Source of the DNA: Octopus vulgaris
Lineage: Eukaryota
Length of the DNA: 64,000 bases
Direction: 5' to 3'
Assembly (NCBI GenBank): GCA_951406725.2
Contig: OX597834.1
Span: 8,246,001 to 8,310,000, forward strand
Shown here: positions 51,615 to 64,000 of the stretch, one piece after another
Layout: every line of letters starts with the position of its first letter
Numbering within the stretch: the first letter of the stretch is position 1
The notes under the pieces: generated by a model
Seen by the model: the letters and a program-made list of their open reading frames with translations, nothing else
Databases searched by the model: none
Told to the model about the DNA's origin: nothing
Made by a program: the position numbers and the translations under genes

Positions 51615-51713
<99 letters not shown>

Positions 51714-51945
51714 TATATATACATATATATGATCAAATATAAAGTATTCGCTTCAATCGTTGGATTAGTACCAAGGGCTGGAAGGGTTTGGAAAGAGAAA
51801 AAAAAACGACCATTTGGTTTTTTTAAAATCTGCCATTTATTCTATGGATGTCTTTTACTGCTAGATTACGGGAAAGAAAACAAAGAATGGTATTCATGCG
51901 AGATGGGTAGAAAACAACGAAAAGAAGAATGCGCACATACATACT

Positions 51946-52207
<262 letters not shown>

Positions 52208-52714
52208 ATGTGTACGAACAAGAAATACCGGCATGGTTTTTTTTTTTCAAATTTCTGTCTACATACCCTGTGGGACGTATCATGAAAGCATATCGTCGGG
52301 AAATAAACTGCATATCTTTCCCCAAAACCATGCCCGTGCATCCACATACATATACAAAGCAACATGTATATATCAATATATGCATGTATGTACGGAATAC
52401 ATGTACGTATATGTGTGTGTGTGTATGTTTGTATATATACATACACATATATACATATACGTGTTTGTATACGTGTGTGTGGATGTTTGCACGTATGTAC
52501 TTATGTATATATGATGCATGTGTGTGCGTGAGTGTATGTATGAATAGGTGTATGTATGTGTATATGTATGCATATACTTATGTATGTCATTATTCAGTTT
52601 TATTTAAAGATTTCTTGCCAACAGGGAAAGAGGCGATTACTAACCCGGATCCAAGGCTCCTTCGTTTGAATTTCAACACCATCATCATGGTATTATTGTA
52701 TGTATGAATGAATG

Positions 52715-52770
<56 letters not shown>

Positions 52771-52822
52771 TGTTTGTGTGTGTTTGTGTATTTATGTATG
52801 TACAGACAGACACACAAGTGCA

Positions 52823-52894
<72 letters not shown>

Positions 52895-52902
<8 letters not shown>

Positions 52903-53020
52903 ATTATGATAAAGGGTTAATTGCAACAAGTTGCTTAAACCACATACCGAAAATATTAGAAATAGCTGAAAATGGTGTAAGCAACTTGTTGCAATTAACT
53001 CTTTATTATAATTATATATA
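52895..53020. repeat. imperfect hairpin (~48-bp arms, 30-nt loop) at the end of a TA-embedded insert (to about 53118)
   Basis: ATAATTATGATAAAGGGTTAATTGCAACAAGTTGCTTAAACCA versus TGGTGTAAGCAACTTGTTGCAATTAACTCTTTATTATAATTAT. Confidence 0.8.
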
Positions 53021-53148
53021 ATCCTTACCGAATATGGGCATTTCAATACCGTAAAAACTACTAGGTGAAATTTATTAATGTTATTAAATTAACTACATTT
53101 CACCCCTTATATGTATCGTATATATATATATATATATATACATATATA

Positions 53149-53557
53149 TGACTGTGTGGTTAGTAGCTTGCTAACCAGCCACATGGTTCCGTGTTCAGTC
53201 CCACTGCGTGACATCTTGGGCAAGTGTCTTCTGCTATAGCCCAGGGCCGACCAATGCCTTGTGAGTGGATTTGTTAGACGGAAACTGAAAGAAGCCTGTC
53301 GTATTTATGTATATATTTATATATGTGTGTGTATGTGTTTGTGTGTATGTCATTGTCCCACTAGCATTGCTTGAGAACCGATGCTGGTGTGTTTACGTCC
53401 CCGTCACTTAGCGGTTCGGCAAAAGAGCCCGATAGAATAAGTACTGGGCTTACAAAGAATAAGTTCCGGGGTCGATTTGCTCGACTAAAGGCGGTACTCC
53501 AGCATAGCCGCAGTCAAATGACTGAAACACGTAAAAGAGTAAAAGAGAGTAAAGAGT
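53149..53557 (+). mobile_element. SINE family B (5' tip missing)
   Basis: Collinear with other B copies. Confidence 0.9.
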
Positions 53558-53576
53558 ATATAGGCGTATGCTGCAT

Positions 53577-53997
53577 TACTCTTACTCTTTTACTCTTTTA
53601 CTTGTTTCAGTCATTTGACTGCGGCCATGCTGGAGCACCGCCTTTAATCGAGCAACTCGACCCCGGAACTTATTCTTTTTTTTGTAAGCCCAGTACTTAT
53701 TCTATCAGTCTCTTTTTGCCGAACCGCTAAGTAACGGGGACATAAACACACCATCATCGGTTGTCAAGCAATGCTAGGGGGACAAACACAGACACACAAA
53801 CAAACACACATGCATATATATATACATATATACAACAGGCTTCTTTCAGTTTATGTCTACCAAATCCACTCACAAGGCATTGGTCGGCCCGGGGCTATAG
53901 CAGAAGACACTTGCCCAAGATGCCACGCAGTGGGACTGAACCCGGTACCATGTGGTTGGTTAGCAAGCTACTTACCACACAGCCACTCCTGCGCCTA
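53577..53997 (-). mobile_element. SINE family B, full length, tail-to-tail with the previous copy
   Basis: Collinear with other B copies; ~20-nt spacer. Confidence 0.9.
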
Positions 53998-54788
53998 TGC
54001 GTACATATGGGTCAAAATTTGTGACAACAATGTGTGTGACAACGACCACACTTATCTATGGTCGTTTGTGCCGTATCCATTCTGCATACATGCACCCATA
54101 CAGTGATGCCTGAAAACACACTTATGTATACGCTAGTACAATCACCGACAACGTTACGCTATGTATTTTGATGCGAACATCTGAAATTTCCTATTTACTC
54201 AGCCATTTTTACACAATCACATATAAACATATGCACAATTTTCTGCATATACACAACCACCTAAAATTGCGTGTCTATGTATATGTGTTTATCTCTCTAT
54301 GCATATGTGTGTGTGTGTGTGTTTTAGTTCTCTATCTCTACACATTGTAACGATAGTTATTTTGTTAGGACCACATTTTCTACTCAGTAACTACCGGTTT
54401 GTTTTACGATTTTTCCAATCGCTAACTGTGCCATATAAAGTGTATGATAATTCTATGTTATATTATCCTTTTGATCTCTTTGCCACGTTTAATAATAATT
54501 GACGCTTGATTTTTAATTGTTAGTTAATTAATAATTACTGATTAATGATAAATTTATAATTAATTATTTAATTAATTATTAAGTCAAGTATTTTAAATAA
54601 ATCTTTCACTACTTCTATTTATCAATACGTGCGTAGCCTGTATGGAGAAGTATCTATTTAGACAAATATGTGTGTGAATGCATATAGTCGTACACACACA
54701 CACTCACACACCACGCACCTGTGTCTCACAAACATACACACAAATATGCATATATGCATACATATGCACAAAGGCTGAGTGTATATAT

Positions 54789-55175
54789 AGGCGTAGGAGC
54801 GATTGTGTGATAAGTAGCTTACTTACCAACCACATGGTCTAGGCTTCAGTCCCACTGCGTACCCAATTGGGCAAATGACATCTACTATATCCTCGGACCG
54901 GCCAAATCATTATGAGTGGATTTGGTAGAAGGAAACTGAAAGATGACCTTAGCTATATATATATGTATATGTTTGTGGGTCTGTGTTTGCCCCACCCCCA
55001 TCACTGATATTTGTATGTTTATAACCCTGTAATTTAGCTGTTCGGCAAAAGACACTGATTGAATAAGTACTAGACTTACAAAGAATAGGTCCTGGGCTTT
55101 ATTTGTAACCATAAAGTCCATGCTCTAGCAAGGCCACAGTCAAATGACTAAAGCAAACTGAAAGAATAAAAGGAT
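54789..55175 (+). mobile_element. degenerate SINE family B
   Basis: AGGCGTAGGAGCG head through GGCCACAGTCAAATGACT tail. Confidence 0.8.
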
Positions 55176-55181
55176 ATATGC

Positions 55182-55336
<155 letters not shown>

Positions 55337-55680
55337 AAGGCGCATGGCTCAGTGGTTAGAGCGTCGAGCTTACGATCGTGAGGTTGTGAGCTCGAATCCC
55401 GACCGGGCTGCGTGTTGTGTTCTTGAGCAAGGCACTTTATTTCACGTTGCTCCAGTTCACTCAGCTGTAGAAATGAGTTGCGACGTCACTGGTGCCAAGC
55501 TGTATCGACCTTTGTCTTTCCCTTGGATAACCCTGGTGGCGTGGAGAGGGGAGGCTGGTATGCATGGGTGATTGCTGGTCTTCCATAAAAACCTTGCCCG
55601 GACTTGTGTCTAGGAGGGTAACTTTCTAGGTGCACTCCCATTGTCATTCCTGACCGAAGGGGGTCTTTCTTTCTTTCTTT
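55337..55680 (+). mobile_element. tRNA/CORE-type SINE family D, in (TA)n
   Basis: GGCGCATGGCTCAGTGGTTAGAGCG (A box), GCTCGAATCCC (B-box-like), TTGTGTTCTTGAGCAAGGCACTT CORE-like block, (TTTC)n tail. Confidence 0.85.
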
Positions 55681-55749
55681 ATATATATATACCACAGCTT
55701 TGGTGAATGCTGAGTGTTCTGACTTTCTTTAATCGGCTGTAACATGTTG

Positions 55750-56322
55750 TTACAGGTGCCATTGTAAGATATATTTTCATCCATCCCTAGATACTTGCAA
55801 CATTTCCCATCGGATAAAGTGGAAAAAATCAAATCATTGATGGAGATATTACCAGACTGGTTGAAAGTTGTCCCCTTTTTCACAACGATATAGCAACATC
55901 TATACTGACCAAACTTCAACCATTTAGGAGTATTGTAACTAGGCCAAAGCTCCTTTTCATCTCATGCATATTCTTTGCATAAAGTTTTACGTCATCCACA
56001 AAGAAACAGCGTGTAATTTTGGTATTTCTGTTTCCTTGTGAACCAGTGAGATATCATTCAGTCTTCCTTAAAATGAATGACAAATAGCTTACAGAAAGTA
56101 TAAACAACATTACAGAGAGAATGTCTGCTTGGAATATGCCTTTGCAATGCTGTATTCTATAGGTGACAATACAGGCACTCTTTTCGTTTAATTTCACGAT
56201 GGTGGCCCACGATAAAGTGAGGTTAGCTATGGCTTAGATTATCCTCACTGGAACTTTTAACAAGTTGAAGGGATTTTAGCATTCACGAGTGGGGAACAGT
56301 GTCAAAGTCTTTCTTGCAGTCT
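55750..56322 (-). mobile_element. decayed REL-type LINE RT fragment (distinct lineage)
   Basis: Minus strand FDTVPHS, KGIFQADILSVMLFILSV, CFFVDDVKLYAK, MKFGQYRC, KYLG. Confidence 0.8.
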
Positions 56323-56326
56323 AGCA

Positions 56327-56357
<31 letters not shown>

Positions 56358-56554
56358 TGTATGTATGTATGTATGTATGTATGTACGTATGTATGTATGT
56401 ATGTATGTATGTATGCGTATGTGTGTATGTGTGTATGTATGTATGTATGTATGTATGTATTATATAAATTCAATGTATAATAATGCGTTCTTGCATATCT
56501 GAAAATAATGTCGTTGGAGCAAAATACATGATATCTCTTTTACGTTATTACGTT

Positions 56555-56744
56555 ATTTCAGTCATTTGACTGCGGCCATGCTGGAGCACCGCCTTTGGTC
56601 GAGAAAATCGACCCCGGGACTTATTCTTTGTAAGCCAAGTACTTATTCTAGCGGTCTGTTTTTGCCGAACCGCTAATGGCGGGAACATAAACACACCAGC
56701 ATCGGTTGTCAAGCAATGCTAGGGGGACAAACACAGACACACAA

Positions 56745-56775
<31 letters not shown>

Positions 56776-56947
56776 CATATATACGACAGGCTTCTTTCAG
56801 TTTCCGTCTACCAAGTCTACTCACAAGGTATTGGTCGGCCCGGGGCTATAGCAGAAGACACTTGCCCAAGATGCCACGTAGTGGGATTGAATCCTGAACC
56901 ATGTGGTTGGTTAGCAAGCTACTTACCACACAGCCACACCTGCGCCT
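56555..56947 (-). mobile_element. SINE family B, near full length
   Basis: Collinear with other B copies. Confidence 0.9.
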
Positions 56948-57805
56948 ATATAAATGCCTAGTGAGAAAAACGTATATGGCGCTATACCAACAGGAGTTCA
57001 GGCATGGAATATGTGCTAGTACTGGAATATTTGGTAAATGACGTATTAGAGATTTTAGAAATAGCGTTTATATTTTTGCCAAAATGAGAGAGTTTTCAGC
57101 CACCATGCACGGGATAGGTGTAGGGGGATTATCTTAAAGAATTTCTCTGCAGCGGCCATATATTGTGATTAATTGCTTTTGGTGTGACTAAAAGTGGTAA
57201 CAAAGTAACAAATCCACCATGACAGTAATAAACAAGAATACAAAGTTCCAGAGTTTTGTCCATAAGTATCTCTGTGTGAATGTGTGCATATGTGGGCATG
57301 TGCGTGTGTTTGTATGTATGAGAGAAATCATGCACACACACACAGGTGCCGTGTACGCACTCATACTCAAACACACGCACGCAGCGACATATACGCCTAC
57401 TCATGTTGATCGGGTACAACAAACGAAGAGCCGTTAATTTTGTAACTTTCTGCCGATAAAAATAACGATAAAAAATATGATATCCATATATATTACATAT
57501 ATACTTACACATAAACACACGCGCAAACACACAAACACACGCAGACACACACATATACCTTATATGTGTATCTGTATAGATATATATATATATATATATA
57601 AATACATACACATACATATGTATGTATATATATAAATACACACTCATACATACGTATGTGTAGATATATATATATATATATATGTAATGTATATATCATG
57701 TATATATACAATATGTTTATAAATATATATATATATATGTAGGTATATATATATACATATTTATATACATATATGTGTATATATATGAGGGCATCTCTCT
57801 CTCTC

Positions 57806-57841
<36 letters not shown>

Positions 57842-57993
57842 TGTATGTATGTAACGTATATATCATGTATATATACAATATGTTTATAATTATATCTATA
57901 TCTATATATATATATATATGTAGGTATATATATATTTTTATATACATATATGTATATATATATGAAGGTATCTGTCTATATATATATATATAT

Positions 57994-58024
<31 letters not shown>

Positions 58025-58375
58025 AAGGTATATATATATATATGTATATATATGTATGTATGTATGTATATATATATATACATACATATATATTCATATA
58101 TATATATGCATGTATGTATGTATATATGTATGCATATGTCTATATATGAATTTATAATGCAATAATTACATGACAGGAAGTCATGAACTGATGTTTAATA
58201 TTCGTTGAATAATTGTGACATAGAAATTGATCAGATGATTGTATTAGATTCGGTAGTTAACAAAGGAACGCTCTATTACCGCTCGGTTGCCAGATGATTA
58301 CGGATGATGCTTTCGTGACACTTCATATAAAGATAATGTTTAAAAGTTAAGACAAAGTGATGCAAAAGAAATGGA

Positions 58376-58424
<49 letters not shown>

Positions 58425-58511
58425 TATCAATCTTATGTTTGCGTCCCTTTAGAAATGAAAATCAAAACTTGAGCATATGAATTCAAATGAGTCACTCCTT
58501 GTTGTGTGGGT

Positions 58512-58563
<52 letters not shown>

Positions 58564-58971
58564 TATACATATGTATGTATATATACATATATACATACAT
58601 ATATATATATATACATGTTTATATATATGCATATATATATGTATTAATATATATATATATATATATTTATATGTATTTATATATATATATATATACATAT
58701 ATATCCTGTTATGTATTTGTGTGTACGTATGAATAGTGGCCACTGTATGTGCGTAAACATGTATGTATATATGTGGATGAGTGGGCGTGCAAAGTTTGTA
58801 TGACAAAATAGTTAGACTTGTAAGCATGTATGATGGGTTTCGACTCCTATGTAAGGCAGTTAGCGAGTTCTCTACTTGGGATCCTGTTTTGAAATACTTT
58901 TAACTCTGTTTGCTCGAGGTATATTTGAAATATATGTAATATGCATATATGTGTATGCTGTGTGTCTATCC

Positions 58972-59900
58972 GCAACGGAGTTCCTGGGGGATTTTTTTTT
59001 TATTTGGTGGGGGGGTCACTGGTGTTTGTAGTGTTTCTCTCAGACATGCCTCAGTCGAACACTCCGCCCACTCTCATCACCTATGCTTATAATACCAAAG
59101 CGTTTCAGGCGGTCAAGTACCCTGGTGGTATAGTCAAATTTCCAAATGCACGCAATATAGAAACGAAAATAACATGCACCTCAATGCTGATAAGTACAAA
59201 GCACTCCGCTATTGGCCTACTAGGAATCAACAATCGGAATACATAGGACCAATGGATATTGCAATCCCGGGGTTAAAACCGGTGTGTGATCTGATAATCC
59301 ACATGCGTAGCAATGAGACATTCTGTGTGCGTTTTGCCAAGATGGCAACACTATGCAGGCGAGTAACTGGATGGATCTTTATATCATTCGGAATCAGGTG
59401 TCTGGATTACTGCTCCCAACTTTGGTTGCCGTAGAGCGTCAAATAGGTGGTGGAACTCGAGGCAATCTAACACTACGCAAAGAGGATTGACTCGGTGAAA
59501 CATATGAAGTAATGTGTGAGGCGACAAGAACTGAGGCTTTACTCCCTGAAGAGAAGGCGAGGAAGGTAAGCAGTGATATACATATAGAATATCCTGGAAG
59601 GTGTAGATCCCAAATTTGGAATTAATTATTATACCATCCACTGAACTGGATGGCACTGCATAGTACCAAAGATAGTGTCTCCTTTATCCCAGATAATGAT
59701 CCAGTTTTTGCAAAAACTTGAGTTTTAGGGATCTACAACTGTTTAACACAATGCCAGGAAACCCAAAACATCTAAAAGGTGCAGATGTGTAATCGTGTAA
59801 AAGTTACCTGGATAAATTTCTATCTAAAAACCTTGATGAGCCCACATCAATGCAAGAGGCACAAAGAAGAGCAGCTTTGTCCAACTCTCTCCTTCACCAA
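58972..59900 (+). mobile_element. decayed CR1/L2-group LINE, RT to C-terminus
   Basis: NGVP...SLVFVVFLSDMP...YAYNTK (worn YADDTK), GWIF, LDYCSQLW, LRLYSLKRRR, LDKFLSK.LDEP motifs spread across frames. Confidence 0.78.
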
Positions 59901-60674
59901 AAAGAGTACAGAAAGAAGACCCCCAAAATAATCGAAAGGTGGTAATCAAGTGTAACCCGAGCGTCTGGCGGAAACCAGTGAATTAATAAAAGAATATCAT
60001 ATATATTCAAACCAAATTTAAATACGCGAGACGCATAAGGCTAAAGTCGGTGGTATAGAGCGTATTTTTTTGTCTGTACGTTTTCTGTATGACCGGACGC
60101 GTCGAACAATAGATTCGCCACAAACCCAAGAGTTGTTTTTCATTATGCCTAAAGTACCTGTCGCACACCCGACGTGATAACTGCACAGGCTTCTCCCACT
60201 CTCTTTTGTAAGACCAAGTATGAGCATCATATTTCCAAGTTTAGCGTTTCTCCCCTGCTCTAGCTAAAACTGCTCCGTCTTTGTGGTTGCGCGTCTTGGT
60301 TTATATCCTTTACCACCCGCTTTCTCTCCTTTCTAGCCTTGAACTTACTTGGTAATTTGTTTTTGATCGCAGCAAGTTTAAATTGTATTTATTGATTTTC
60401 CCCTTACAAATGTGCTTGCTTATTTGTAGTACCCTTATGAGGAGCATCTAAGCATTGCTTCTGTCTTGTGGCATCGTAGGTTATCTTAGACGGTGACTGA
60501 TGTGACAGTTGAAATAATGTAGTATCAAGTTCAAGCCGATATTCTTTTTCCTTTCATTATTGTTGTGCGCTTTATATTACGTTATAAGCCCACATCAGAC
60601 AGTTCAGACCCCGTGTTAATATTCAAATTTCAGAGTTTATCTATTTATCTATATGTATATATATATATATATAT

Positions 60675-60875
60675 AGGGAGAGTTTACGAAAAAAAAAACA
60701 AACGACGAAGACAGGTGGTGTACAAAACAAACAGATATATTAGTATAACGCTCAGGAAGAGAAAAAGTATTTTACGTTTCGAGCCTACGCTCTTCTACAG
60801 AAATGGACACAGAAAAAACAAGGAGAGAAACGAAGAGAGAAAAAAATGTGTGTAGTGGCTAACGATCTATCATGG

Positions 60876-60877
<2 letters not shown>
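60675..60877 (-). mobile_element. TA-embedded short element with a hammerhead-like motif (third family)
   Basis: Minus 60803-60770: UUU-CUGUAGA-A-GAGC-GUAG-GCUC-GAAAC-GUA-AAA; (TA)n on both sides; homologue at 17110-17265. Confidence 0.65.
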
Positions 60878-60938
<61 letters not shown>

Positions 60939-61019
60939 TATAAATAATTAACAATAGTTAAATAAAGCATTTTACAAAGATCTAGAGGTGTTTTCACTGC
61001 AGTGACTATTCACTATTGT

Positions 61020-61282
61020 TGTAGTATCGGTTCATTTTGCAGAGCTGCTAAGTTACATAAACACTCTAGCACCTGTTGTCAATGAGTGATGGGGAACAAA
61101 CGCAGACGCAAAGACACATAAATATATATGTAGTTACGAAAGGCTTCTTTAAGTTTCGATCAAATCAAATCCACTCAAAAAGGCTTTGGTCGGCCCGAGT
61201 TTGATAGTTCCCCAAGGTGCCAGGCAGTGGGACTGAACCCAGAACAATGCTGTTTGGAAGCAAGTTCCTCATCATACCACCA
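61020..61282 (-). mobile_element. degenerate SINE family B
   Basis: AAATCCACTCA...GGTCGGCCCGAG...CCCAAGGTGCCAGGCAGTGGGACTGAACCC. Confidence 0.7.
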
Positions 61283-62171
61283 TGCATGTTGATGTTTGAA
61301 CAGATTAGTGTAAAGAAAACTGGGTTCTTAAGGAATTCTCACAGTAGAATTCCAATTAGTTCGATCAGAGAAGATTGCGATTTCACTAACACAAAAAAAT
61401 CTTGATTTAACGAAAACTCCTACTTTATGTTCAGTACCAGAAAGATAGAATCTAAATGCTTTCTCTAGCTACGGAAAAATGGGTACTACACATATTTGAC
61501 TACACTCTGCAAAATTTGTCCTGTGAGAACTCTTCTAAAGTGAATCAAATGTCATTTATTTTATTCCTCCTACGATTTTCAATAAAATTTTCGGGTTATT
61601 CCAATGTCTATTTTAACGATGCAAAGCATATTTCATTAATTTTATGCCCATGCACGTCTACAGAGAAGTTTATTTTGTTTGTTTTTTTATGGATGGGAGT
61701 TCGCTTGCCGCTTTGTTGCCGTTGCGAATCAACACGAAACAAAAAGCTATTTATACTATTCTAATTTTTATTTTTTGTTCTAAATGGGGTGAAAATCATT
61801 TGAATATAATTAATTTGCATCATGAAGCAGTTGTTATGCGAAAAGATATAGGAAAATATTATCAAATTTTAGTTGAAGCTTTTTGATGTCAGCTCGAGCA
61901 AAATGAAAACACAAAATTGTAAATAAGATTTCTATCACAGAGTGGCGAGAATTATTTAATTAAATCAAATATGCTTTGTAAGCAAGCTTACACAATTAAA
62001 ACTGTAATTTAATTTCTAGAGAAAACTCTCGAAGAGACAGGGAAATAATTAGAGAGGAGAGAGAGCGGGAGGGGGAGAGAGAGGGAGGGATGGAAAGCGT
62101 TAAGGAAGGAAAGAGAGGGAGAGAGAAACGTTACATTATGGATTTATTGATATTAATAATAATAATAATAA

Positions 62172-62400
62172 TAATCCTTTCTAGATGAGAAACAGGGCCT
62201 GAAATTTTGAGGGAGGGAATGAGTCGATTACGTCGGCCCCAGTGTTTCACTGACGCTTAATTTATCGACCCCAAATGGTTGAAAGCCAAAGTCGACCATG
62301 GAATTTGAAATCCGAAGCGGAAGACTGACAAGATACCTATTTCTTTACTACCCTCAAGGGGATAAACACAGAGAGGACAAACAAGGACAGACAAACGGAT
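62172..62400 (-). mobile_element. SINE family C pieces (dimer junction)
   Basis: GGCCTGAAATTTT...AGTCGATTACGTCGGCCCCAGTG...TTTATCGACCCC, then ATACCTATTTCTTTACTACCC as at 16596. Confidence 0.75.
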
Positions 62401-62475
62401 TATCTGGCATGTAAATGGGTGTGAAAATTTCACAGAATTGCACTTATGCACATGCATTAAGTGATAGGTGATTCT

Positions 62476-62570
62476 CTTCTTTTGCTCTTTTACTTGTTTC
62501 AGTCATTTGACTGTAGCCATGCTGGAGCACCGCCTTTAGTCGAGCAAATCGACCCCAGGACTTATTCTTT
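62476..62570 (-). mobile_element. SINE family B 3' fragment
   Basis: CTTTTACTTGTTTCAGTCATTTGACTG...GGACTTATTCTTTG. Confidence 0.85.
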
Positions 62571-63594
62571 GACAAGATTGCTGATTCAAGATGTCCACCC
62601 TTGTAATTCTTGTGACACAAATCTGAAGCTTTGTCAACTATTTGAGCTTCAGGAAAACACTTTCCGCAAAGAGCAACTACATCTACTTGATAGCCAATAA
62701 TTTGAACTGAAAGAAGAGGAAAGGAACGAAAAGAAAGCAGAAAACATTTGAATACAAAATATATATATTTTAAAGAGAAATTTCTTTATTGGTGCAAGTA
62801 TTTCGCTTTGAAGAAACGTTAGCGGGTCAAACAATATGAATGTTGGTTCTCAAGATTATAAAAATTCAAACAATAGATATTTGAAAACAAAATTTTTGAA
62901 CAGAAAGCAAAATAGGAGCGCCACTACCATCGCCAACAACAACAACAGCAGCTGCAGCGGTGGTGATGGTGGTGGTGATGGTGGTAGTGATGGTGGTGGT
63001 GATGACGACATAAAACAGGATAAGGTAAATATAAATACAAGAAGCAGGACAATAGTCACAATAACAATAACATCATCGATAACAGCGTTAGTGGTGGTGG
63101 TCGTGGTAGCTGTAGGAACCGGAGTAGCAATGACTAAACTACTAACAGCATCAGGAGAGCCAAAATAGAGAAAAATTGAAAAATCGATGGCAACATAGAT
63201 ATATAATTCCAATATATCCACTTTAGCGTAAAACGTACACTGGAAAATGAATATATCAAGCATTGTTTTCTCTTTCAGCATGTATGTTTTTTTTTGTACT
63301 TCCTTCTATGTTTTTTTTTCTTCTTTTTTTTTATTTTCTTCTATTTGTTTTAAGTACGACTGTAAAGTAGAAGAACAGGCATTTTGAATATGTTTGGAAT
63401 AAAGATTTACCATTAGACAAGTAAGTAGTTTAGTGGAAAAGTTGAAAGATTAAATACCAAATAATAGCTACCTTAATCGTGGCTAAATATCTCTCAATGC
63501 AGCAGCCATTCTTTTACCTTTGAAAAGGGAAATTTCTAGAGATCAGAAGATCATTGTTATTGCTTTTTTCTACTGAAAAAATGCATATATATAC

Positions 63595-63717
<123 letters not shown>

Positions 63718-64000
63718 CATTATATTTTTAATAAAATATGTTGTCTCTTCTTTAGATTTTATTTTAGTGTAATTTGGAAACAATTCATCCAATTACACAC
63801 ACAAAACACAAATATATATTTATATGTGTATGTGTGTGTGTGCATATATGTGTGTCTGTCTGTTTACATGTGTGCATTCGTATATGCATAAACACATACA
63901 CAGAAGTGTACAAGCAAAGAAGCACGCATATACACTCATATGTTGGTTGGCTTCAAGAAAAAGCTGAACCAATAGTCTGCATAGAAACTAAATGGCCAAC

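Noticed and set aside
55337-55410. tRNA gene candidates (also 1136, 7696, 33770, 47194-47260)
   Set aside because: No complete acceptor stem or cloverleaf; each continues into a repeat body, so they are SINE heads.
59960-60560. Higher-complexity stretch with a 70-aa minus-strand ORF
   Set aside because: No recognisable motif or splice structure by eye; possibly an old TE. Needs BLASTX.
62836-63281. Overlapping ORFs with Gly/Asp and Pro/Ser runs
   Set aside because: Degenerate GGT/CAA microsatellites; no exon evidence.

Overview
AT-rich, microsatellite-saturated animal genomic DNA. No host exon, rRNA or intact tRNA gene could be supported, so the window reads as intergenic or intronic. The SINE repertoire looks like an octopus/coleoid cephalopod (inference from recognition, not a search). 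Almost all long ORFs in the track are simple-repeat translations. The window contains: four tRNA-headed SINE families (called A-D here); many fragments of restriction-like-endonuclease (R4/Dong-type) LINEs sitting in (TAA)n, including a 1.8-kb copy at 44.7-46.5 kb; CR1-group and RTE LINE fragments; a DD37D (maT-type) transposon fossil; a non-autonomous Helitron; a fold-back MITE; and a 165-bp tandem array. The most notable signal is a set of unrelated short elements carrying minimal type-I hammerhead-ribozyme motifs. Most sit in (TA)n tracts, several are long fold-back hairpins, one follows a Penelope GIY-YIG remnant, and one has a tRNA-like Pol III head (a candidate SINE/retrozyme hybrid). 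Coordinates were read by eye, and degenerate copies have approximate ends.
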